From: an uncultured Archangium sp.
GTDB lineage: Bacteria; Myxococcota; Myxococcia; Myxococcales; Myxococcaceae
Length of the DNA stretch: 33,678 nt
Assembly (NCBI GenBank): GCA_903915665.1
Contig: CAIWTT010000166.1
Span: 1-33,678, forward strand
Direction of reading: 5' to 3'
The notes under the pieces were generated by a model. That model was given only the letters and a program-made list of their open reading frames with translations, did no database searches and was not told the DNA's origin. Below, one piece after another: positions 17,662 to 29,010 of this stretch (positions are counted from its first letter, which is position 1; each line of letters opens with the position of its first letter). The translations under genes were made by a program, and so were the position numbers.

Positions 17662-18255
17662 TCACGCGCGCGGCTTCCAGAACCGCGCAAAGTTCCCACC
17701 AGGCGCGGACACGATCTCCTCGGCGCGAGCGCGATCGCGCGCAGCTCCCTGGTGGTCGCCCAACAGCTCGCTGCACTCGGCGCGCAACCCGAGTGCCTCG
17801 GGGTGCTCCTGAAACGCGAGTAGCGCCTCGACGATGGCTCGTGCTTCGTCGAGACGTCCGACCATCGTCAAGATGCGCGCGCGTAGCAGGCGGGAAGCCG
17901 GCTCACCGCTCTCCTCGGCCAGGGCCGAGTCGACGTCTTTCATGGCATCGTCGAGTCGTCCGAGGGCGACGAAGCTCTTGGCCCGCAAGTTGAGCACGCG
18001 GCTCCTGTGCCCTTCGACTTCCAGGGGGAAAGCCTCCGTGAAGAGCTGAATCGCGGCGGCGTGCTCGTTCTCGGCACCCTTCAAGATCCCGAGCATGATC
18101 ACAGGTTCCGGCAAGCTCGGTGCACGCGCCCTCACGGTCTCGTACAACGAGCGCGCGCCGGCAATGTCGCCTTCGCGCTTCAGGCCGCCTGCGCGACGCA
18201 TCAACGCCGCAAGCTCCTCTTGATGGGGCGCCAGCTCGGCATCCTTCTTGACCAT
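17662..18255 (-). CDS. TPR-repeat protein
   Basis: ATG at 18255 (MVKKDAELAPHQ...). TPR-like helical repeats follow (GDIAGARSLYETV..., AAIQLFTEAF..., LGRLDDAMKDVDSAL..., GRLDEARAIVEALL). The track ORF extends to 18360 through R/G-rich sequence, which I trimmed. Confidence 0.7.
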   Translation of the reverse strand: MVKKDAELAPHQEELAALMRRAGGLKREGDIAGARSLYETVRARAPSLPEPVIMLGILKGAENEHAAAIQLFTEAFPLEVEGHRSRVLNLRAKSFVALGRLDDAMKDVDSALAEESGEPASRLLRARILTMVGRLDEARAIVEALLAFQEHPEALGLRAECSELLGDHQGAARDRARAEEIVSAPGGNFARFWKPRA

Positions 18256-18595
18256 CGGACGCGAGCCAGTAGCACATCCATCCCCCAACGGCCTCCGCGC
18301 ACGCCCTCGCCCCCGCTCCACCCCCTGTCCCGGAGCCACCCGTCGCCGCACCGCCGTCATCGCCGCTCAAGCGTGGCGGTGGTCAACGAAGGTCTGCTGG
18401 TCGAGCGCGAGCCGGCCTGTTCGTTTCCAGTGGTGGGGACCAACCCCACTCGAGGTCCTGGAGTTCCTGACACTTCGTCACCCGGCGGCTGCGGCGCAGC
18501 GCCACCGTGGCGGACCGCACGGCCCAGGCCCGCCCATCCCCTCGGGATCAGGAGGCAGTCCCCGCAGGCACGCCGCCTGCTCACGCCAGCCCCGG

Positions 18596-19184
18596 ATGAG
18601 AATCGAGACGTTGATTGAGAGCGCGCGGGACCAGGGCGCCAGCGACGTACACCTCGAAGGTGGGCTCCCGGCCACCTTCCGGATTCGGGGGAACCTGAAG
18701 ATCCAGGGGGAACCGCTGCCGCCTCAACGTGCTGCGCACCAGCCGCGGCGTGGGCTTCGCCGTTCGGTTGCTGACCAACTCCCACGCCACCCTCAAGAGC
18801 CTCAACCTGCACCCCGACCTGGTGCGGCTGGTCCAGCCCACGCACGGGCTGGTGCTGGTGTGTGGGCCGACGGGTGGGGGGAAGACCTCCACGCTCGCGG
18901 CGCTGCTGCAGGAGATCAACCTGCGCGAAGCGCGGCACATCATCACCATCGAGAGCCCCGTCGAGTACGCCCTCCCGCCGCGGAAGTCCTTCATCCGCCA
19001 GCGCGAAGTCGGCCGCGACACGCCGTCCTTCGAGCAGGCGCTGCTCGACCCCGAGGTCATGCGCCTCACGCTCGCCGCGGCGGAGACCGGTCACCTGGTG
19101 CTGGCCACCATGCATTCGGCCAGCGTCGCAGAGGCACTGCAGCGGCTGGTTGGCGCCTTCGCCCAGCTCGAGCAGCAGCGCTGA
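18596..19184 (+). pseudogene. PilT/PilU-family twitching-motility ATPase remnant (frameshifted, internally deleted, C-terminally truncated)
   Basis: Frame 2 from ATG 18596 gives MRIETLIESARDQGASDVHLEGGLPATFRIRGNLKIQGEPLPP, which matches the PilT N-terminus. Coding then switches to frame 0 (about 18729..19184), with Walker A LVLVCGPTGGGKTSTLAALL, then IITIESPVEYAL, then REVGRDT, then TLAAAETGHLVLATMHSASVAEAL. About 40 residues between LPP and the pre-Walker-A segment are missing. The ORF ends about 100 aa before a normal PilT C-terminus. Confidence 0.6.
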
Positions 19185-19284
19185 AGGGTGCGGCGCTGCC
19201 GGGGGGGGCGCGGCGAAAAGTGATGCGCGCCATTTTCCGCCAAGCGCCGTTTGACCGCTCCGGCCTACTCTCCTACGACGCACC

Positions 19285-19290
19285 AAGAGG
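19285..19290 (+). promoter_or_regulatory. Shine-Dalgarno (AAGAGG) 7 nt upstream of the REC-EAL ATG
   Basis: caccAAGAGGtggacccATG. Confidence 0.5.
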
Positions 19291-19297
19291 TGGACCC

Positions 19298-20446
19298 ATG
19301 GCGAGTCACGGACAGGTGCTGCTGGTCGACGACGACGAAGCGGTGCTGCAGGCCTACACCCGGGTGCTGACCCGCGCCGGCTTCGAGGTGAGCACCGCGC
19401 TCAGCGGGCAGCTCGCCCTCGAGCTGTTGCGCGACGGCCACTACGACGCGGTGGCCACCGACGTGGCCATGCCCAACATGAACGGCATCGAGTTCCTGCG
19501 GGCGCTGCGCTCGAAGGACGCCGACCTCCCGGTGCTGCTGCTGACCGGCACGCTGTCCGCCGAGACCGCGGCCCAGGCCATCGACCTGGGCATCATGAAG
19601 TGCCTGCTCAAGCCGGTGCCCGTGCCGCTCCTCATCGAGAGCGTCACCCGCGCGGTCAACGTGTACCGCCTCGGCCGGCTCAAGCGCGAGGCCCTGAGCG
19701 CCATGAACGCCAACCTCGGCGAAGCCAGCGACCGGGGCACCCTCGAGCGCGGCTTCGAGCGGGCCCTCGACTCGTTGTGGATGGCCTTTCAACCCATCAT
19801 CGAGGTGGGCGGGAAGCTGTTCGGCTACGAGGCGCTGATGCGCAGCCGCGAGCCGATGCTGCCGCACCCCGGCGCGGTGCTCGACGCGGCCGAGCGGCTG
19901 GGGCAGCTGCCGCGCCTGGGCCAGCGCATTCGCGCCCTCTCGCTGGCCGCCCTCGAGGCTGCGCCCGGCGACTTCAGCCTCTTCATCAACCTCCACCCCG
20001 ACGACCTCAACGACGACACCCTGTACCGCACCCTCGCGGAGCACCCCGCGTCCAGCAAGCGCCTGGTGCTCGAGCTGACCGAGCGCGCTTCGCTCGACTC
20101 CATCAAGGGGGTGTCCGAGCGCATCGCCCTGCTGCGCGGCTTCGGGTGCCGGGTGGCCATCGACGACCTCGGCGCGGGCTACGCGGGGCTCTCCAGCTTC
20201 GTCCAGCTCGAGCCGGAGATCGTCAAGCTGGACATGTCGCTGGTGCGCGACGTCGACAAGAGCCCGCTCAAGCGCAAGCTGGTCGCCTCGATGTCGTCGG
20301 TGTGCCGCGACCTGGGCGTGCTGGTGGTGGCCGAGGGCATCGAGACCCTCGGGGAGCGCGACGTCGCCGCCGAGCTCGGCTGCGGGCTCGCCCAGGGCTA
20401 CCGCTTCGGGCGCCCGGTGCCCGACTTCGCCGTGCCGGTGTGGTGA
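19298..20446 (+). CDS. response regulator with REC receiver and EAL c-di-GMP phosphodiesterase domains
   Basis: ATG at 19298. The REC domain shows VLLVDDDEAVL...DAVATDVAMPNMNGIEFLRALR...PVLLLTG...KCLLKP. The EAL domain has FGYEALMR, LVLELTE, IDDLGAGYAGLS and AEGIET. The TGA stop overlaps the next GTG as GTGA. Confidence 0.9.
   Translation: MASHGQVLLVDDDEAVLQAYTRVLTRAGFEVSTALSGQLALELLRDGHYDAVATDVAMPNMNGIEFLRALRSKDADLPVLLLTGTLSAETAAQAIDLGIMKCLLKPVPVPLLIESVTRAVNVYRLGRLKREALSAMNANLGEASDRGTLERGFERALDSLWMAFQPIIEVGGKLFGYEALMRSREPMLPHPGAVLDAAERLGQLPRLGQRIRALSLAALEAAPGDFSLFINLHPDDLNDDTLYRTLAEHPASSKRLVLELTERASLDSIKGVSERIALLRGFGCRVAIDDLGAGYAGLSSFVQLEPEIVKLDMSLVRDVDKSPLKRKLVASMSSVCRDLGVLVVAEGIETLGERDVAAELGCGLAQGYRFGRPVPDFAVPVW
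19371..19403. repeat. 33-nt exact dispersed repeat (copy 2 of 2)
   Basis: Identical to 12229-12261. Here it lies in-frame in the REC domain, encoding TRAGFEVSTAL. Confidence 0.85.
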
Positions 20447-20805
20447 GCCCGCTGCGCTGCCCCGACTGCGACCTGCCGCTCGAGGGCCGCGCCTGCGTGG
20501 TGGCCGGGCGCGCGGGGTCGTTGTCCGGCTGCACCTGCGGCGGGGCGTGGTTCACGTGGCTGCAGCTGGAGCAGGTGCTGGGCGGCGAGGTGGCCCTCGA
20601 GCCGCTCTCGGCGCAGACGGCGCGGCGCTGCCCCACCTGCACCCTGTCGCTGACCCCGGTGCTGCTGCCGGGCGTCATCCCCGTGGAGACGTGCAGTGCC
20701 TGCCGCGGGGTGTGGCTCGACTGGCCCGACGTGCTCGACCTGCGCCTGCCCGGGCTCGAGGCCGTGCTCCAGCCCGCGCCCGCCCAGCGCTACGCGGGCC
20801 TCTAG
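20443..20805 (+). CDS. small protein with two tandem zf-TFIIB-like zinc ribbons (CPxC...CxxCxGxWxxW)
   Basis: The GTG at 20443 overlaps the EAL stop as GTGA. The two ribbon motifs are RCPDCDLPLEGRACVVAGRAGSLSGCTCGGAWFTWLQLEQV and RCPTCTLSLTPVLLPGVIPVETCSACRGVWLDWPDVLDL. The gene ends at a TAG at 20803. Confidence 0.6.
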   Translation: MSPLRCPDCDLPLEGRACVVAGRAGSLSGCTCGGAWFTWLQLEQVLGGEVALEPLSAQTARRCPTCTLSLTPVLLPGVIPVETCSACRGVWLDWPDVLDLRLPGLEAVLQPAPAQRYAGL

Positions 20806-21042
20806 GCGCCCGACGCGCCGGCAGCGGCCGAGCAGGGGGGCTTCTGCTGCGCGAAGTGCCAGGCGCGCACCCCCTTCACCGGGGGTCACGCCACGGCCCG
20901 CGGCCTGGTGTGCGGCGCCTGCGTGCCGCAGGTGCAACCGCAGCCCCACGTGCCCGGCTTCCTGCAGGCCAGTACCCCGGCCAGCGACCCGGCCGGGAGC
21001 CTCGACGTGGTCGACCTCACGGACGCGGTGTTCGGCGACTGA
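20806..21042 (+). other. coding-like in-frame extension downstream of the TAG, containing a third CxxC...CxxC motif but no usable start codon
   Basis: This is the same frame as 20443..20805. GC3 is above 90% across 79 codons, ending at a TGA at 21040. The encoded sequence is GGFCCAKCQARTPFTGGHATARGLVCGACVPQ..., and the first in-frame ATG/GTG/TTG falls inside the Cys motif. Confidence 0.35.
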
Positions 21043-21276
21043 TCAGCGCGGCGCCTTCTTCTTCTTCTCGGCGCTCGCCCGGGCCAGCGCGGCCGCGAGC
21101 AGCGGGGCGTCGTTCACCGTGAAGATCTCGCGGCCCTCGGCCCGGTAGGCCTTGAGCGCCGACGCGGCTGCGGAGTCGAACTTCTTGAGCGTCCACAGGG
21201 CGCGCGCTTCCTGCAGCCACATGCGCACCGAGGGCGACTTGACCTTGGGTTGGAGAGACACGCCGCCCCTGTACAC
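21043..21276 (-). CDS. small hypothetical protein (59-77 aa, Lys-rich C-terminus)
   Basis: GC3 is above 90%: MWLQEARALWTLKKFDSAAASALKAYRAEGREIFTVNDAPLLAAALARASAEKKKKAPR. The ATG at 21222 is the more likely start, because the GTG at 21276 overlaps the upstream terminator's U-tract. Confidence 0.35.
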   Translation of the reverse strand: MYRGGVSLQPKVKSPSVRMWLQEARALWTLKKFDSAAASALKAYRAEGREIFTVNDAPLLAAALARASAEKKKKAPR

Positions 21277-21317
21277 CAGAAACGAAACGGGGCCCCGGGC
21301 GCTGTGCCCGGGGCCCC
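21276..21317 (-). terminator. rho-independent terminator for the upstream lipoprotein gene
   Basis: A perfect 12-bp GC stem (ggggccccgggc at 21289-21300 / gcccggggcccc at 21306-21317) with loop gctgt. On the minus-strand transcript it is followed by GUUUCGUUUCUGG. It sits 22 nt after the stop at 21340. Confidence 0.7.
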
Positions 21318-21339
21318 GCGTCAGCGAGAACTCACAGGC

Positions 21340-23640
21340 TCAGAAGGAGTAGTAGCCACCGACCGGCTGCTTGACCAACGAGAGGCTCACGTCGTCCAGG
21401 TAGATGGCGCCGTTGACGCCGTTGACGCCCGTGTTGTTGACCTCGCACAGCACGCGCACCGAGGTGCCACCCATGAGCGCCGGGTTGCCCGTGAAGCTGA
21501 ACTGGAACAACGAGTCGATCTGGTTCACCGTGTTGAAGAAGGTGTGGAGCGTGGGGGTGTTGGTGCTGTCGGTGATGCGGCAGACCTGCGACAGCGACCC
21601 CGGCACCACCGGGCCCAGCGAGTACGCGAAGCCGTTGCGGATGCGGACCTCGAAGTACGAGGTGGTGTTGGTCAGCGTGGGCAGCGACACGTCCTGGGTC
21701 AGCCGCGAGATGCCGGTGGCCGGGGTGGTGTTCAGCGGCGTGCCGATGGTCGCCGAGCAGCCGCCGGTGCGCGCGTTGGCGCCGGTGGGGCTGGGGGTGG
21801 GCATGGTGCCGGTGTTGGTGCCCGTCCAGTTGGCCAGCGAGCAGTTGCCGCTCGCGTCCTCGAAGTTGCCGTTCTGCACCAGCTCCTTGCGACCGCCGAA
21901 CGAGCCGTTGAACTCGGACCCCGTCAGCGTGTTGCCGGCCAGGTCCTTGCCGCCGCGGATGCTCCACCCGCCCGTCGCGTCGGAGCCCGGCGCGATGGTG
22001 AGGGTCAGCGTGCCGCTGTAGCTGCCGGTGGCGTACGCGTCCCACACCAGGGCCGCGGTGATGCCCGCGGGGAACGAGAACGTGGGCGGCGACGCGGGGT
22101 CGAGCGGCTCGCTGTAGTTCAGGCGCAGCACGATGGTCGTCGGCGAGGTGGTGTCGTTGATGGCGTCGACCGGCGAGGCGCTGAGCAGGTTGATGCTCGA
22201 GGCCGTGGGCACCACGTTGTCGGCGACCAGCTGCGTGGGCGCCGCGCTGAGCGGGGCGAGGTTGCCGTAGATGTCCTGGCCGACCACCGCGAAGGTCACC
22301 TTGTTGTTGAACGCCAGCGGGTACTGCGCACCACCCTGGCCCGAGGTGAAGAAGGTCGCGGGCAAGGTCGTGACGGTGCTGAAGCGCTGGGTGTTGGCGC
22401 CCACGAAGCCGATGGGGCCGACGACCTGCACCCAGTTCGGGTTGAGCTGCGAGTCACGCGCGTAGACGAAGTAGTTCACCGCGCCCGCGACGCCGTTCCA
22501 CTGCACGCGGAACGAGGTGCTGTTGAAGTCGTAGTCGTTGACCGTCTTGCCCGTGGGGGGCGCGTTGTTGGTCACCACGAGGCCGGTCGCCTGGGCAGTG
22601 AAGGGCGAGACCGTGGCCGCGCGGAGCTGGAAGCCGAGGTTGGTGGCGAAGTTGGCGCCGGTGCCGGTGTTCTGGCCGCCGGTGGTCAGCGCCACGGCGA
22701 GGTTGTAGCGGTCCCCTTCGCGCAGGGCGAAGGCCGCCGGCTTGATGGCCACCTGGGTGGTGCCCGTCCACGTCGCCGCCACGGGGATGGTGGTGCTGCG
22801 CGTGACGTTGGTGAGGATGAAGGTGCGCGAGGTGTCGAGGTTGGTGCTCAGCACCGGCATCGAGAACGTCAGCTGGATGTCTTCGGCCGGGGGCAGCTCG
22901 CCGTCGAGGATGTTGCCCGCCACGATGCGCTGCAGGCCGTTGCTGTAGGTGAGGAAGACGCGCGCGATGTTGCCGGGGAACACGCTGACGTACGAGGTGG
23001 TGGTGGCGTAGTCGGCGTTGCCGTCACCGTTGTCGTCGAACCACAGCGCGTTGACCTGGAACTGCAGGCCGTCGGGCCGCGTGGGCAGGCCGGTGAACTT
23101 GAAGGTGCCGTCGGCGGCGCTGGTCGCCACCATGGGCGCCATCTCGTACTCGGAGCCGAGGCTGTTCCGCGGGTCGATGAGCACCGTGGCGCCGGCCACG
23201 GGGATGCCGCTGGGCTTGAAGACCTGCCCGCGCACTTCGCCGTCGAGCTTGTAGAGGGTCGCCGTGACGTTGGTGACGGGGTCCGCGAGCGGCGAGCCAC
23301 CCGTGCTTTCGGACAGGGAGTTCCCGCCGGTGTGCAGCGAGGTGTAGCCGTCCTTGGAGACGAGGAACACGTAGTACGAGGCGACCACGGCCTTCTCGAG
23401 CTTGAACACGCCGTCCGCGTCGGTGGCGCCGGTGCTCGACGAGCCGAGGACCTTCACCGTCGCGCCGGCCAGCGGGCCGTTCGTCGAGCCGTCCATCACG
23501 CGCAGGTAGATGGTGCCCGTGGGCGTCACCGCGACCTGCGTGGAGTTGGTGGTCTGGGTCTGTACGTATTCCTGCGGCTTCGTTTCCGATGAGCCGCAGG
23601 CGGTCAGCGCCACGGCCGTGAGCGTCAGAATTCGGTTCAT
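21340..23640 (-). CDS. large surface lipoprotein with two carboxypeptidase-regulatory-like (CarbopepD_reg) domains, a long beta-rich region and a C-terminal CBM-like domain
   Basis: ATG at 23640, with the signal MNRILTLTAVALTACGSS and an LTAC lipobox. The CarbopepD-like motifs are GTIYLRVMDGSTNGPLAGATVKVLG...ATDADGVFKL and GEVRGQVFKPSGIPVAGATVLIDP...AADGTFKFTGLP. The C-terminus ELVQNGNFEDASGN...WTG resembles a carbohydrate-binding module. Confidence 0.85.
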   Translation of the reverse strand: MNRILTLTAVALTACGSSETKPQEYVQTQTTNSTQVAVTPTGTIYLRVMDGSTNGPLAGATVKVLGSSSTGATDADGVFKLEKAVVASYYVFLVSKDGYTSLHTGGNSLSESTGGSPLADPVTNVTATLYKLDGEVRGQVFKPSGIPVAGATVLIDPRNSLGSEYEMAPMVATSAADGTFKFTGLPTRPDGLQFQVNALWFDDNGDGNADYATTTSYVSVFPGNIARVFLTYSNGLQRIVAGNILDGELPPAEDIQLTFSMPVLSTNLDTSRTFILTNVTRSTTIPVAATWTGTTQVAIKPAAFALREGDRYNLAVALTTGGQNTGTGANFATNLGFQLRAATVSPFTAQATGLVVTNNAPPTGKTVNDYDFNSTSFRVQWNGVAGAVNYFVYARDSQLNPNWVQVVGPIGFVGANTQRFSTVTTLPATFFTSGQGGAQYPLAFNNKVTFAVVGQDIYGNLAPLSAAPTQLVADNVVPTASSINLLSASPVDAINDTTSPTTIVLRLNYSEPLDPASPPTFSFPAGITAALVWDAYATGSYSGTLTLTIAPGSDATGGWSIRGGKDLAGNTLTGSEFNGSFGGRKELVQNGNFEDASGNCSLANWTGTNTGTMPTPSPTGANARTGGCSATIGTPLNTTPATGISRLTQDVSLPTLTNTTSYFEVRIRNGFAYSLGPVVPGSLSQVCRITDSTNTPTLHTFFNTVNQIDSLFQFSFTGNPALMGGTSVRVLCEVNNTGVNGVNGAIYLDDVSLSLVKQPVGGYYSF

Positions 23641-23664
23641 TCGTTTCCCCTTGGACTGCGTTGG

Positions 23665-24360
23665 TCAGACGGCGGGCGGGAAGCTCGCATCTCCTTGGGC
23701 CGTTGTCCCCGTGGCTTTGCGGATCCACGCGCGGAGGTTCTCCGGCGTGGCCGTGGTCGAGAGCCGGTGATCATCGTTGACTTCGATCAACTCGGCGGCC
23801 GTGCCCTTGATCAGCGAACGCGAGTGGGCCGGGGGCACCGTCTCGTCTTGCTGGCCGTGCACCACCACGACGTGGGCGGCCAGCGCCGGGGGCAGGGTGG
23901 GCGAGGGGCTCCAGCCGCGGGCGGCGACCAGCCGATGCGCGGGGCACAGCAGCACGGTGGGCCCCTTCCACGCGCCGCGGTTGAGCAGCTCGAGGGCCAC
24001 CGCGCCGCCGAACGACGAGCCGACCACCACGTCCACCCGGTGGGCCTTCAGCAGCCGCTCCTGCACCGCGACGCTGCGGTGGAACATGCGGCGCATGAGC
24101 GCGGGCCGCACGAAGCGCTGCAGCACCGCGAGGCTCACCGCGGCGATGACGAAGCCCGAGGCCCCGCGGTTGAGCGCGCCGCCCACGAGGGCCGCCAGCG
24201 AGGCGACGAGCACCGCGATCGCCACCGGGTCTTGCAGGGCGCGCTTCTGGCCGCAGGGCATCTGGCCGGCCACCACCTCGAAGCCGGCGGCCTCGAGGTT
24301 CAGGGTCTTGCTACCGCGGGGGCCCGACTCGAGGCCATGGACGAAGAGCACGGACGTCAT
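23665..24360 (-). CDS. alpha/beta-hydrolase-fold esterase/lipase-like protein
   Basis: ATG at 24360. Motifs include VLFVHGLESG, the nucleophile elbow VVVGSSFGGAVAL, and a late VVVVHGQQDETVP...H. A hydrophobic insert (PVAIAVLVASLAALVGGAL...FVIAAVSLAVL) lies between strand 1 and the nucleophile. Confidence 0.75.
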   Translation of the reverse strand: MTSVLFVHGLESGPRGSKTLNLEAAGFEVVAGQMPCGQKRALQDPVAIAVLVASLAALVGGALNRGASGFVIAAVSLAVLQRFVRPALMRRMFHRSVAVQERLLKAHRVDVVVGSSFGGAVALELLNRGAWKGPTVLLCPAHRLVAARGWSPSPTLPPALAAHVVVVHGQQDETVPPAHSRSLIKGTAAELIEVNDDHRLSTTATPENLRAWIRKATGTTAQGDASFPPAV

Positions 24361-24372
24361 GGCCGGGCTGTA

Positions 24373-24768
24373 TCAGCTCCGCCCCGAGGTCTTGACGAAG
24401 GTGACGCAGAACAGCGCGCTCAACGCGCCATCGAAGCTGATGGCGCCCCACAGCAGCGGCGTGCCCAGGTGCTGGGCCAGCATCTCCAGCCACACCCCCA
24501 CCGCGACCCCCTTGCCCAGGCCGGCCGCCAGCAGCACCGAGCGCTGCAGGCCGGGGCTCCAGCCGGCGTGGGCCCAGGCGAGGCCCAGGGCGAACACGAA
24601 GAGCCACACCATCACGTGCAGGCGCAGCACCAGCGGGTCGGTGGAGAGCGGGCGCCCGTGGAACAGGGCGCCGAAGAGGTCGGGGGCGAAGACCGCGACC
24701 AGGGCGGTGACGGTCTGCAGCACGCCGGTGACCTGCAGCCCGCGCCGGCTGAGCATCTCGAGGTTCAT
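24373..24768 (-). CDS. small integral membrane protein (about 4 TM helices)
   Basis: ATG at 24768 (MNLEMLSRRGLQVTGVLQTVTALVAVFAPDLF...). It is mostly hydrophobic helices. It lies 12 nt upstream of the esterase and 34 nt downstream of the TopoIII-RecQ stop. Confidence 0.6.
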   Translation of the reverse strand: MNLEMLSRRGLQVTGVLQTVTALVAVFAPDLFGALFHGRPLSTDPLVLRLHVMVWLFVFALGLAWAHAGWSPGLQRSVLLAAGLGKGVAVGVWLEMLAQHLGTPLLWGAISFDGALSALFCVTFVKTSGRS

Positions 24769-24802
24769 GCGCGCCCTCTGGCACCTTTGGGAGACCGGCG
24801 CC

Positions 24803-28951
<4,149 letters not shown>

Positions 28952-29010
28952 CGGGCCCTTCTACCCCGAGGGACTGACAAAATGTTCAGTACCGCGCGAG
29001 GCCGCCTTCT

